Source of the DNA: Chrysomallon squamiferum | Lineage: Eukaryota > Animalia > Mollusca | DNA: 64,000 nucleotides | NCBI GenBank assembly: GCA_012295275.1 | Contig: CM022676.1 | Coordinates: 14,446,001-14,510,000, forward strand | Reading direction: 5' to 3' | Part shown: piece after piece, positions 43,132 to 56,381 of the stretch | Position numbering within the stretch: the stretch's first letter is position 1 | How the letters are laid out: the number at the start of each line of letters is the position of its first letter | Notes under the pieces: generated by a model | What the model was told of the DNA's origin: nothing | Database searches by the model: none | What the model saw: the letters and a program-made list of their open reading frames with translations, nothing else | Translations under genes and position numbers: made by a program

Positions 43132-43868
43132 GAAGATAAAAGCCAACAATCCAATAATGAAATGTCTGTCATTTTACTTAGCTATATTAGCCTTCTAATT
43201 AATTTTAATTTACATTTATGGTAAACTGTTAGAAGAATTATGTACATTTAATTTGTTTACATTTTACTCTCTGTGTAATAAGATTTTGAAATACTAGATA
43301 CTAACACGGTCAGATACAGCAGTACTGGTTTTAGTTATTTCATAAAGGATTAAACTGAAAAATGTAGATAAGATTTTATATTCTAATATAAATAAAGGGA
43401 AAGAAAACTAATTTCAAACATAGCTTTTACTCCCATCGAATATCAGTTTTATTATTTTAAATATGTTTCTTATTTTCAAACATTAAACATTTAAAAATAC
43501 ATGTTCCTTGGAAGTAAGTTTCCATACACCTAAGTAAAAGAGTGTTGTAATAAGAAATATATTTAATATGTTTGCCACTATACAAATATTAGAAAGCTAG
43601 TTTTAGCAAATGTATACAAATCTATTAGAAATATTAGTGGGTGTGAAACTGCACTGTTGTTTCACAAGTACTAACTAGAAAAGTATTGAACAAGAACATG
43701 GGCCATTTAATCATTATAAACAGAAAACAAATTTTACATATGCCTCCATTACAATTAAATAATCCAAAAGAATAATGATTAAAATATAGTAAATTAATAT
43801 TAAAAAGTGTTTAATTATTTTGTGATAAATTATTAAAAGAATAATAATAATTAATGAAATTCTACTAC

Positions 43869-43917
<49 letters not shown>

Positions 43918-44331
43918 CTCAGCATCATACAACAGTAAGAGCAATAAAAATAATAATTAAATCATCACAGAAAAACGAGAAATAAGGATATACAATCAAA
44001 CATTGTGAAGATTAGTGTTTAGCATAAAAACAACGGTCTAAGGGGAATAACTCTATTTTAGTATAGCCGGGCTAGTCGAAACGGAAAAATATCAAAAGTC
44101 AGTATATTAGGTTTCCAAAAACACACTATTTTTAACTTAAATTAAAAGTAAATAAATAGATAATAAATATAACACTTATTCGAAAAGGAAATAGAGGCAA
44201 ATTTAAAGGAATTTAAATTAACGATATCATTAGTAGATGGCAATTCCAAAACTTTAATTTAGAGTTATACCCCTTAGACCGTAAATTTAAGTTCTTGATA
44301 AACGACATTATACTTTGCGTTTTATTTTCCA

Positions 44332-44392
<61 letters not shown>

Positions 44393-44460
44393 CTGCACAT
44401 ATTTCACAACTAGTTATTTTACGTCTTCAGAAATACAGAGATATTTTTATTTCCCATAAA

Positions 44461-44524
<64 letters not shown>

Positions 44525-44620
44525 CAACAACAACAACAACAACAACAACAATTACAACTGCTATTCTTAAACTTTTATTTTAGACCGTACATTTACTATT
44601 CTTGATGAGGACGATATATT
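40580..44620. repeat. Dispersed ~20-bp motif in inverted pairs within locally duplicated AT-rich blocks (foldback/MITE-like remnant)
   Basis: cggtctaaggggaa(c/t)aactc at ~40581 and ~44034; reverse complement gagttatxccccttagaccg at ~41211, ~41531 and ~44262, decayed at ~44575. Confidence 0.55.
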
Positions 44621-45291
44621 TTGTCTTTCATGTTTTTATTATTTTTATTATTATTATAATTAAAAATATAGATTTGATTTTATTTCCCATATAACAATAA
44701 TAACAGAACTAATATTAATCTGAAGTTATTTTAAAACGACAATCTCCTAACATTTCTCGCTTATTTGGTAAAATGTTGACAATGGGCAAATTCAGTCTTA
44801 TTAATTATGATAAAATGCTTAGTATAATATAAAAATATTTCTTTATCGAAATCACAAAACTATACATGTATTATCAAGTAATAATAGCAAAAATGTGCAA
44901 CATTTGATGAAATACTTGTTCGACCTATGATGTGATTCGATTGTCAGTACGGAGCAGGAGTAATAACTCTTTTTTTATATATATATATTTTACAGATTTA
45001 GCCAGGCAGAAACTTTCCTAACACTTTACAGTTTGATCCACAGGTGAATCAAATCACATCAGACCAGCTAAAATCTTAAATTTTTCAGTCAAAGCAAATG
45101 TTTTTCTGATTGTAATAGTATAGTGTAAATATATGTGCAGTGAAAATGTTATTACATTTATTAACATGGCCAAGAACAGACCCAACAAACAGAAATAAAG
45201 CAGAAATGTAGTTTTATAAATCACAAGTTTTACCCTGACCTTGATAACACCCAATTAAGTAAAACGTATTAAAGCTTCTCCATAACACACA

Positions 45292-45393
<102 letters not shown>

Positions 45394-46337
45394 GGTATTT
45401 TATAAATAAAATTTTGGTGACTTTTTCAAAAGAATACGCCATATTAACATTGTAACACATTCAAACAGGGAAACCATTTAATTACAGTAATAGAACTAGA
45501 AATCTCAGACTGTTTAAATATAGTTTAAAGTGAATGTGCACTGAAATACTTCAATGTAACACTGAATTTCAGTAATCTTATGAATTTTTTAATTCAGTGG
45601 GGGAAAAAAAAGAAGAAAAATATAGAAGAAAATAGTTAATAATTAATAAAATGCCCTGCAACTTATATAATTTTAACTGTTTTCATAGAAGACAAACTAT
45701 CGTAACTTCCAAATCTGAAAGATTTTCATTAAATTTTTTTTTTTTTTTTATATAAAGTGGTTTTTATTGAAAACGTTCCAGATTTCTAAATAAACAAATA
45801 TTTTTGATTATCATAATGTTAAAGTTACTGATTTGAACTTGTCCTTTTCGTCTCCAGTATTTTAGAGACACAAATTAATTCACCGTTTATTTATAAAGAA
45901 ACGATAAAGAGAATAATAATAATGAACTGTCTAATCTACATAACTGTCGAAACAATAAATTCATTGTCAGAAGACATAATGGGAGTGGTCTAGTCCAATA
46001 TCAAAACGTAATCCACTATATTTTGATATTCTATATAATTAATGTTAATATAGTTGCCAGACTATTGTTAAATCAGCATCTCATATTTATTTTAAAATAT
46101 ATTTTACTAGGAAATTAGAGTCTAAATACTTACACGTTTTACATTAATATATAATATAATTAGTCTAATAAGAGCAAAACATTGAAGGTATTTACTATTA
46201 AATAATAGTATTTAGAGGAAGGGTGGTAGTTATAGTAACAATGATAGTGGTCGTAGTAGTTATAATTTAGTCTGTTGTAAGAATCTGATAGATCTGTCAT
46301 ATCTCAAGGTTTATCTGTCTGTGAGGTGTGTGTAGAT

Positions 46338-46388
46338 CTACAGCAAACCAGTGATCACTAAAGTGTTGAAAAATCTAAAAAAAAAAAA

Positions 46389-46434
<46 letters not shown>

Positions 46435-47640
46435 TTAAAAAAAAAAAAAAAAAAAGTAATAGATCATGAACTGAACCACTCAAGTACAGTTAAACACAGA
46501 AAACAGTGAAAACTAGATATACAAAGATAAACTGACGGAGAAATAGACCAAGCAGTCAGACAATGAACTAAATAAAAGAAACGTTACAAACAAAGATTAC
46601 TTACACGGTTATTAGACAACACGTAGCTGAAGATAGAGACTCGATTCCACTCTTCGCCATAGCTAAACAATATAAAATTTAGAAAACTGTGAAAATCTTT
46701 TAAACATCAGTGTTAAATCGACGATATCAAAACTCAATTCAAGTTTATCTATTAATGACCAATTTTTCAGTGGCTTTTTTGCTAATTACAGGAATATGAT
46801 CAATGGTTATTCCTTACAGTTAGCTGTTTCATAATTGATAAACATATTTTTACGTATTTGTGTTTTGTGTGCTGACGTAACGAGACCCTTTAACATTGGA
46901 ACGTATCGTTTGGCAGTCGAAACTTGGGATTCTGTTCGAAAGTCGAGACAAAACTAAAGTATTATGGGATATGTATAAAAAAAAAAAAAAAAAAAAGATA
47001 AAAAAATTGTCGATTGGGAATCTAAAGAAGCCAAGTCTAGTTACAGCTCTGTTACACTGGGAGTTTCTCAATGGGATTGTCATAAAAATAACTACAACAA
47101 CAATAAAAAGTTAACTATTCTGTAAAAATTAGTCACACTTTACACACGTTAGAAACTTTTAGTTATTTCTTTATGTTTTGTACGCAAGAACATTTGTCTG
47201 AATGTGTTAAACACACCGTTACATACACACGGCTATCATTATCATTATATTTATAGTTTACGAGCAAAACCTACAAGCGTCCATGACATGTACAGCTATG
47301 ACATTGCTTTTGTGTTTTCCATGTAGATCTGAACAGAACCATTTCACTTCATCTTCGCTGAAAAAGACTTTGGGTATTGTTAGTGTGAATACAGTTCCCT
47401 CGTTACATTTGAACTTGTATTTTCTTGGCAGATATCCACTGCAGTTTGACCCGTGACCTTGGTGAACATTCATGGTCAAGGTCCCGCGCGTCCAGCCTAT
47501 CCCTGCCACTCTGCGACGTGTGTGACACGTGAGTGTGAAAGATAATCCAACCTCAACTGCGTTTCCCGACTTTTTGAGGAAATGCGCGTCTGAAAAGTAT
47601 GTGATAATTACATTTACTTAAAATTCTCATCTTACAATAA

Positions 47641-47688
<48 letters not shown>

Positions 47689-47948
47689 ATAATAATAATA
47701 AAAATAAAAACAAATACCGTGGTACCTTGACTTATGAGTTTAATTCGTTCCGTGACCAAGCTCGTATCTCAGTTTGCTGGTATATCAAATCAATTTTCCC
47801 ACCTGAAATTAACTGAAATACCATTTATCCGTTCCAGGTCCCCAAAAACCACCCAGATTTTTTGTAACGTTTTTTTAAATAAGAAAAATGTATTTATAAA
47901 TGAAAATATTGTATAAAAACAAAATAAATACCATAACATTTTCACTGT

Positions 47949-47987
<39 letters not shown>

Positions 47988-48106
47988 TATTTCATTCATA
48001 AACATTATTTGAAACTACTATTTGTTATTCGTGTTTAAATGAACTCACTTGAAGCAGCTGTAAAGAGAATAGCACACACCAAAATGTGCCTCGCTTCCAA
48101 TTCCAT
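46338..48106 (-). CDS. Intact single-Ig-domain surface protein, 155 aa, predicted GPI-anchored; four coding exons
   Basis: 48106-48049 MELEARHILVCAILFTAAS|gtgagt; 47589-47275 NAHFLKKSGNAVEVGLSFTLTCHTRRRVAGIGWTRGTLTMNVHQGHGSNCSGYLPRKYKFKCNEGTVFTLTIPKVFFSEDEVKWFCSDLHGKHKSNVIAVHVMDA|gtaggt; 46662-46605 SMAKSGIESLSSATCCLIT|gtaagt; 46374-46338 VFFNTLVITGLL*. 58+315+58+37 = 468 nt with consistent phases. Ig hallmarks: FTLTC, C-strand W, FTLTI, DxxxWxC. Confidence 0.88.
47717..47850. mobile_element. pogo/Tigger-like transposon terminal fragment in intron 1 of the GPI-Ig gene
   Basis: TA followed by ccgtggtaccttgacttatgagtttaattcgttccgtgaccaagctcgta..., resembling the CAGTGGTACCTCGACTTACG-type termini of pogo/Tigger elements. 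Confidence 0.6.
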
Positions 48107-48563
48107 GATGTAGTTATCCTCAAAAAAAAAAAAAAAAATACCCCGTGAAACACACTTTGTATTCGAAATCTGGTAAGAATGTTCTTGTCAAGAGAGATGT
48201 TTGTGAAAAAGTTAAATTTAATGTATACCCTGCGACAGCATTTGTTAAAATGAATCGTAAACAGATGAAAACAATTACTGTAAGTATGTCTTTTATTATA
48301 TTTCGAGTTATAGCTGCTGTCACATTGTTAAATATTCCACGAGAACAAATCTGCTAAGAATAAATCTGGGTTACTACTACAGTTCTATTTTTATCCGCTA
48401 TCGTTAAAAGGTCTAAGCGATCTATAAATAACCGGGTCGATCACGTGCAGAGAACATTGTAAACAACAGAGAACATTTGTAGCCGATTTTACTATTTTTA
48501 TTTGTTACCGATCTGCTGAAAAACAGCAGTTTGTTTCGAACGACATCTTGCATATTTAGTGTA

Positions 48564-48615
<52 letters not shown>

Positions 48616-48786
48616 GTCGTTGTTGTTGTTTCTGGACTGTTTTTAGAAATAATAATTAGATTAAATAACTCAGTAACGTGACCGTTTTGAAAACAGATTT
48701 AATAAACATATTTTAAAATGTTCTTGTTACCCTGTCATATTTTATTTCCTACTTTATTTTGTTATTTATTACATTTTGATTGACTG

Positions 48787-48851
<65 letters not shown>

Positions 48852-49710
48852 AAGGAAAGAAAGATAAACATTTTCAGTAGTTAATTAAATATTATTTACG
48901 TAATGTACGACGATGTGTGTGTGTGTGTGTGTGTGTGTGCGTCGATTGCATTGTTTATAAACGTACGAGTATATTCTAACATCAAAGGTTTATCGTTTCA
49001 AGCCGTTATTTCTGTGTTGAAATGAAACCTTTAATATTAAATAACGTCCACAGTTCAGAGGTTCTATAACCAATGAATCAAACCGTAAGCAATTCCCGAT
49101 TGATGTCCCACATATTTCTGTCTGTATGTCTGTTTCTTGTGTGATACACGTACGTGTCTGTCTGTGACGGGGCAGGTGTATATCTGTTTATGTTGCATGT
49201 TAGTCCCTGTCAGTTTGCGATGTGTGAGTATATGTGTACCTCTGAGCTATATATGCACGTGTATGCATATCTGTGTGTCATGTGTTTATGTGTGAATATG
49301 TCTGCGAATTATCTGTGTATTTTTCTATGTATATATGTCTGTATATGATGTGTATGCATATGTTAATATCTTTGTGTGACGTGTGTATTTTTTTCTGTAT
49401 GTATGTGATGTGTATTTGATGTCTCTCCTTGTCGTATTTTAACATGGAAATATTCAACTATGCAAGATATAATAAAATAAACTCTGTCAGTTTGGTAGTC
49501 ATCGTGTAGAATGATGGATTACATTTATTTTATGTAACGCTATTCATAAAAATAATGCAGATGCATGCGAGCTGTTTTTTGTTAATTATCTGATGAAGTT
49601 AGATTTATGCATGTGAATGTAAATTTTTTAATATTAGTGTATTTTATGCTATTATTGAACAATCCATTAATCAACTTCAATGTTTATTTCCTTTTATATA
49701 TTATATATAT

Positions 49711-50873
49711 ACACACTCTAACAAAACAACAACAACGCAAAAGTAGATTTTACTGAGTCATTGGGAATATCTATCTCATCGATCAACAGAAAACAACAGA
49801 GTGCTCACATTTTACACACACTTTCGCAATATATTGGTATTGATAGTATTACATTGAAAAGGCTAAAGTTCAAGGTTATAACAGTGTAATTTGAATACCT
49901 TTTGTGCCCACCATGGGAACTGCCTGACATCTTCTTCCCATGGCAGTAATGACATTACGAGTTACACCTTGTGGAATGGTGGCCCACTCTGTCTGTAGTA
50001 ATAATGCCAACTGAGCACGATTATGTGGCTGTGGTTGATGCTGCCTCAGTCGTCTATCAAAATCGTCCCACAAATGTTTTAAAGGGTTCAAGTCCGGAGA
50101 TTTAGAGGGCCAGGGCAGCACCTGAATGTTATTGTTGTGTAGGTACGCTGTTGCGAGTCTGGCTGCATGTGGTATCACATTGTCGTGCTGGAATACAGCG
50201 TTACCATTATTCATAAACGTTCACCACGACGTCTGTAAACTTGACATCCTCCATCAGCTCGACGAAGCAGAAATCGAGCATCGTCTCTAAACCAGACAGT
50301 TCTCCATGGTAACTGAGGCCAGACTCTGTGCAGTTGACACCACTGATGTCGTAGTCGCCGATGTTGTTGAGTTAAAACGACTTCTTACACAACGCCTGGC
50401 GCGAATACCTGCCTCACGTAAACGATTGCGCACTGTCTGAGCTGATATTCTACACAGACCTGGTGTTGCTGAAGCAGTAGAGGTAGCCATGGTGGTTCTT
50501 TCCCGTAGATGAAGTACCCGTATGTAGCGGTCCTGGGCTCTGGTTGTTATACGTGGTCTACTTGACTGAGACAGTGACGTGTTTTTTGGTGTTGCTGCAA
50601 CAGATACCACAATCTTAAGATAGAGTTTGGGGATACACGGAACACACGGGCTACAGCTGAGAAGGATTCGCAAGCTTGTAAACGGCCGATGGCGTTGTTT
50701 CGTTGCGGTTCACTCAGTCGTGGCATTTGTTTGATGTTGGGTCAGAACAAAAATAACGAACAGAAGTATTCGAAAACCTTGCATTTATATAATCCTCGTA
50801 TTCAAGTCATATGTGTCAGTTTACAATAGTTATCTAAGAAATCAACCATTTTGCGGTTTTTTGGGGGGAGAGT
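49711..50873 (-). mobile_element. Defective Tc1-like DNA transposon (internally deleted, frameshifted transposase from ATG 50726 to ~49900)
   Basis: MPRLSEPQRNNAIGRLQ..; RPRITTRAQDRYIRVLHLR..ISAQTVRNRLREAGIRARR; WFRDDARFLLRRADG..VYRRRGER; then a deletion to FQHDN..PH..LPWPSKSPDLNPLKHLWD (catalytic E replaced by K). Degenerate inverted ends (..ctc..aaaa..cgcaaaa..gattt) lie in TA runs. Confidence 0.93.
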
Positions 50874-51047
50874 ATATATATAGTTTTTTTTTTATTATTT
50901 ATTTTGTTTCTAATATTCTTCTTATTATTTTTTCCTTTATTATTTTCCATATATCTATCTTATTTTAAGTGGTTAATATAAAACTGCATTGTTCTTCTTA
51001 TTACTTAGTTTTATTATTGCTCTTGTTGTTGTTGTTATTGTTTATTA

Positions 51048-51107
<60 letters not shown>

Positions 51108-51246
51108 GATTATTATTGTTGTTGTTGTTTTTGTTATTATATCACATAAACTATTTAACCTTTAATTGTGAGTAGTCTATCTGTAATTTTTATTATTAAA
51201 CTGAAAATTCAATTGACTTAGAAAATTTGTATCTCTCAAATCACAG

Positions 51247-51966
51247 GAACGTTTCACAACGGGGGTCTTCAATATACGAGGATGTTGCTTTTGAACCGGG
51301 TAAGTGCAATTTTTTCTAAACGTTTACTCTAAGAAGGCTTACTTTACGTTCAATATCTATTAAGACTTCTGGCAAGGTAATCATGAAAGAAAGAAATAAG
51401 GTACAAAATGAAATAATGAAAGAACAATTAATGAAATGAGTATGAAATTGAAGGCTGGAACAATATTATTAAAAGGTAATGGCATAAAATGTTGTCATTT
51501 ATATACTGAGCTAAGAATGTCTGAAGTTATTTTGTGTTAAATGATTAATTAATAGAATTATTTTGTATTACCTCCTCAGATAAGCAAGTATATAGTTTAA
51601 CATATTTCTCTGATAAGTACAAAGTGTTTATAAATTGATATTTTGCAGTATTACAAACTATTTTATCACCACTGTGTATTAATATCTGTCTTTATACTTG
51701 TTGTAAATTACAGCCTGGTCAAGTTAATATGTCACATTTATGTTTTTTTTATTTTGTATATATCTTATTATTTATTATTTAGCCATCTGGTTTTGTTAGT
51801 CTCTTTTTTCTGCATTTCTGTATGACTTATTATGTTTGAGAGATAAAGAAAATGTTTATACACCTCTTATTATTTATATGTAGGTAACAGTCTACAAGAG
51901 AGTCAGTCAACTGAACAGAATCCGTATGACGTTTTGGATTTCAGTTATAAGAAACTAAAATATTAA
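51247..51966 (+). CDS. Two orphan cytoplasmic-tail exons with tyrosine motifs (51247-51299, 51884-51966)
   Basis: cacag|NVSQRGSSIYEDVAFEP|gtaagt spliced to gtag|GNSLQESQSTEQNPYDVLDFSYKKLKY*. SIYEDV fits the ITIM consensus. A second frame is also open, and the upstream exons were not found. Confidence 0.5.
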
Positions 51967-52683
51967 GATATCTCTTTATTAATGTATTTACTTAAAACTT
52001 TGAAACAACTTATTTTGTTTCTTTTAGTATATATATATATATATACACATACACACATACGTTTATATACACGTACATACACACTTACACAGGTTAAAAC
52101 TTTGAAAAACACATAACTTTAGGAAACGAAATTACATAAAATGATTATTTACAATCATGAAATTTTATTAATAAAGAGAACTAATTAAAGATATAAATAT
52201 TCTTCTTTTCATACAAGAACGTCGTTATACACATTTGTTTTAAATGGGGTTTTATATTTATATTATGTTTTCATCAGTACAATATAATATATAGCGTATG
52301 TTTGAATAGTATTCTATGTTCTAAAATTACAGTGTTTTCTTTGAATGTTATGAATTAACTGATACTGTACAGTATATAGTTGCGATGAGTCTTTAAAATT
52401 CTGATTAATCTATATCTACTAAAATCATGATTAAGCTGTGTCTAGTAAAATTATAATTAATCTATGGCTAGTTATATTGGAATTAGTTGTATCCCTTTAA
52501 TTGTGATTAAACTATGTATAGTAATAAAAAAAATATGACTTTGATATTTTGTGCGCACACATACACTATATACAAAGGGGACATTTCAAAATTTTTTACT
52601 TCATTTTATTTTATTTATTGACATAATTATTTAGTATTTGTGTGTAGAGAGGTTATTACCAGTACCAACAATATCAATGATAA

Positions 52684-52721
<38 letters not shown>

Positions 52722-53371
52722 ATAATAATAATAATAATAATAATAGTAACAACATTAATAGTCACAATGATCATGACAGTATTAATGATGGTGCTATTGC
52801 TGCTGCTGATGATGATGATGATTATAATACCAGCAATAATATAGTGATAAAATACTTTTTTAAATTTATAAAATCATATGCACTGATCATTTTCTATAAC
52901 CTCCACAGATTAAACCGCCATTTAATAAAGTCATTATTCACCAGTGTGTTGATTCTCACAGTGATCGAATAGTTTAGGACCATTCCGCGTTTATCTTTTG
53001 TGCACATCGTTTAGTTATGCGAACTACGTAGCACTGTTTTGAAAGCAATAAAACAGAAGCAATCTTTACTGGTGGCGTATTATTTAGTATGATCAAAAAA
53101 TCTCTGTGGTTTGTATACTGAATAACATCGCAAGTTAACATGAAAGACTGATTCAGTAGAGCCACAAATAGTGTGAGACAGACAAAAGAAGTGAAACAGC
53201 TGTGAAGGAAGAAAACATTTTTAAAATGTGTTCTTACCATCAGATGTTGAATGAATATACACAAACTGAACTGCCGTTAATGAGCCACAATGAAATCAAT
53301 CAATCAATCTAGCTCTCTTTCTCTCTCTGTCTCTCTCTCTTTATATATATATATACACATATACATATATA

Positions 53372-53508
53372 TTGAAGGAAATAATGTTCATGTTGCTATA
53401 CTCGAAGACCTGCTGATTTCCTGAAATTGGAGTACCAGCTTCAGAAAGGAAAGCACCTGTTTCTAATTTTCACAAATCCAATATAACTGTTAAATATATT
53501 TCCTTCAA
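53372..53508. mobile_element. Candidate 137-bp MITE
   Basis: 12-bp terminal inverted repeat ttgaaggaaata ... tatttccttcaa. Single copy in the window. Confidence 0.35.
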
Positions 53509-53788
53509 CGTACCTAAACAATACATATAGATCAGAATGTAGTTATACTAGTCGTAATGTATAAATCCATGTCCATTTAGGCAGAAATACTTGTAACAGT
53601 GAAATATTCACATATTATAAATGAGTTCAAAAGATAATGAGAGGAAGCGATGGTCACAAAATGTCAGACTACTCTTCTCTGACTGGCACCTTGCAGGTTC
53701 ATGAATGTACCTAGCATGACCTTGATAAACCAACTATGATGATATAACCCAGTAATATGATAGTGACGAACAAAGCAAGCATATATCA

Positions 53789-53916
<128 letters not shown>

Positions 53917-56089
53917 GTTATTGTTGTTTGTGGTGGCTTTTGGTGTGTGGGTAAGTCTGTGTGTGTCTGATAAAAAGAAAACAAAAAGAAAAAGAAAAAT
54001 TAAAAATTAACGTCTGATGAAATTTACGCAGTACTACCTATGTTACTTAGTGTGGAACGCTCGATTTCAGTCTAATACAAGGACGAAAATCCATATTAAC
54101 TAGTGAATGCGGAAGTTATAGTTTGAGCGCTCTGGTTGTCACGTTGCATTTAAATCGATCTAATACTAATGATTAATACTAAAAAAATGCTGACACCTGC
54201 AAAGTAAATAAATGTAATTTTCTCGTTACACATGTTTGTGTTTGTCTGTCGTTGATACTTGTTGGCTAATAATAGGGCCGAGGTTTCTAATTATTAATAT
54301 TAATTCAAGCTATAGTAATATAGTAAGAGTTAACTCAGCAAAACATGAACAAGAAGGCAGCGAAGCACCTCCAGGCCAACTGTAATAAGTATTCGCATTA
54401 ATCGAAACTTTTCATGAAACTTTTTTTATTTCTTCTTTCAAAATTATTTAGTCAATATATTTCAGAAAAAAAAATGTGTTTTTTAATTTGTTTTTATTAT
54501 TATTATTATTACTGTTTTTGTTTGTTTTTGTCTATCAAACATTTTTATATTTATTTGACCTGATTTATGCATCAGCGTTGTGATGTGACCTGAAGATTAG
54601 TGCTTCTCATTTTCTATGTGTGTGCACATGCATACATACAAAGGTATAAAGGTTATCAGTAATATATTTCTCTATGAAAGGAAATAAATAAACTGTCCAC
54701 CACGTCAGTACTTATTTACAGAAGAATTGTAATCTTCTTTAATTTCACTGTTTAATTATAGATCTGTGTTTGTTAAGTATCTTTCTTTAAATGTATATCT
54801 GTATGTGTGTGTATGTGCATCCATGTGTGTGTGTATGTCTATGTATCTATGTATTTGTACAGATAAGCAAATACGATCAAACTCTGCAATGCAGAAAAAG
54901 GCACGTGTGATACGTCTGCCATTTGAAGCAGACACAAAATAATTGTCTTAGGTTTGTACTTGCTGTGGTTAGACTGGAAACAAATGTTTTTTTTATCTGA
55001 CCATAGTGGAAATTTTCTCTGATGGGGCTAATCAACAAGCCCAATTTTAAAACTGATCAGTTTCTGATTTCATAATATTCAAAAGTGAACAGTTCTTATT
55101 CAGTATTATATCAATATTACTTAATTCGCTGTTTATAGCAATAATTTTTTAAATCAAAACAATCGCTCGTCTTAGAACGGAAGAGAGAGTGATCGGCAAA
55201 TCACGATGTTAATTTTTGTGTTCATTTCTGAACGTGTTGATCTTACATACAGCAAAAGTAGGAGCACTGAAGAAAAACACTGTAACCAACAAGTTATTAA
55301 AAATCAAAACAACATATAGATATAATCATTTTAAACAGCGCCACTCCTTTCTAGTTGTACATAAAATCTACGGGGATTTGGCCCTGTAGAAAACGTAATT
55401 AATGGCACTTTCGCAAAGCACGTGCTACTTTCAAATGTCGAGCTGTTATGCAGCAAAGATGGCACACCCTAGTGTCGCATATTGTTTGAAACGTAATTGA
55501 CTGAGCTTCCCATTGATTATCAGTCAGAAAAAAAAAAAAACAACAAAGAAACAAAGAAAAAAGTGGTTTGAAGGGAAGCAGGAAAATCTAATTTTTGGAC
55601 GACACGCACAGTTAGAAAGATTGACTTTTCACCTTCCTAACTGTTCCACAAAACAACACTAAAGTGACTTTCGTGAGTTGTTAAAGTCAGGCGTCTGTAG
55701 AGCGACACAAATTTTAGACGTTTTACTCCACGGGCTTCATAGTTTACCTCACCACTTTTAACACTCTCGTACAAAGTACTGTTTTTACACTCAACTAAAA
55801 CATCACCATTTTAAAAAATGTTGTTGTAGTTATTATTTTTAAAATTTAAATAGCTCTCTCGCTATCGTTGGAAAATGCATATGAACATTAGACGATATGT
55901 TGAATAAGCGATAATTCTTTATAAATGTGTAAAATATTCTAGAGCGATTATTTTTGATCGACTTCCCTTTTCATCGATATACCACCCCATATGATATGTC
56001 ACATTTCGTTGTAAAGATGCATAATAAATTAAAACATTAATAAAGATATAAAATCAAATAAAACAATAACGTATGATTTTAAAAGTGCA

Positions 56090-56288
56090 ATGGAAGTTTA
56101 AACAAAACGTTTTACTAGGAATAAACAATGAAACGTGATACAATTTTTTTATTGTGAATAGAGAGAGTATAATTGAGCAAAAACGTATTATTAGAAATAT
56201 AAAATGTAACTAAACAAAAACGTATAATTAGAGATACACAGAATAACTTTAAACAAAATATTATTATCAGAAAATATACTGGACAACA

Positions 56289-56381
<93 letters not shown>

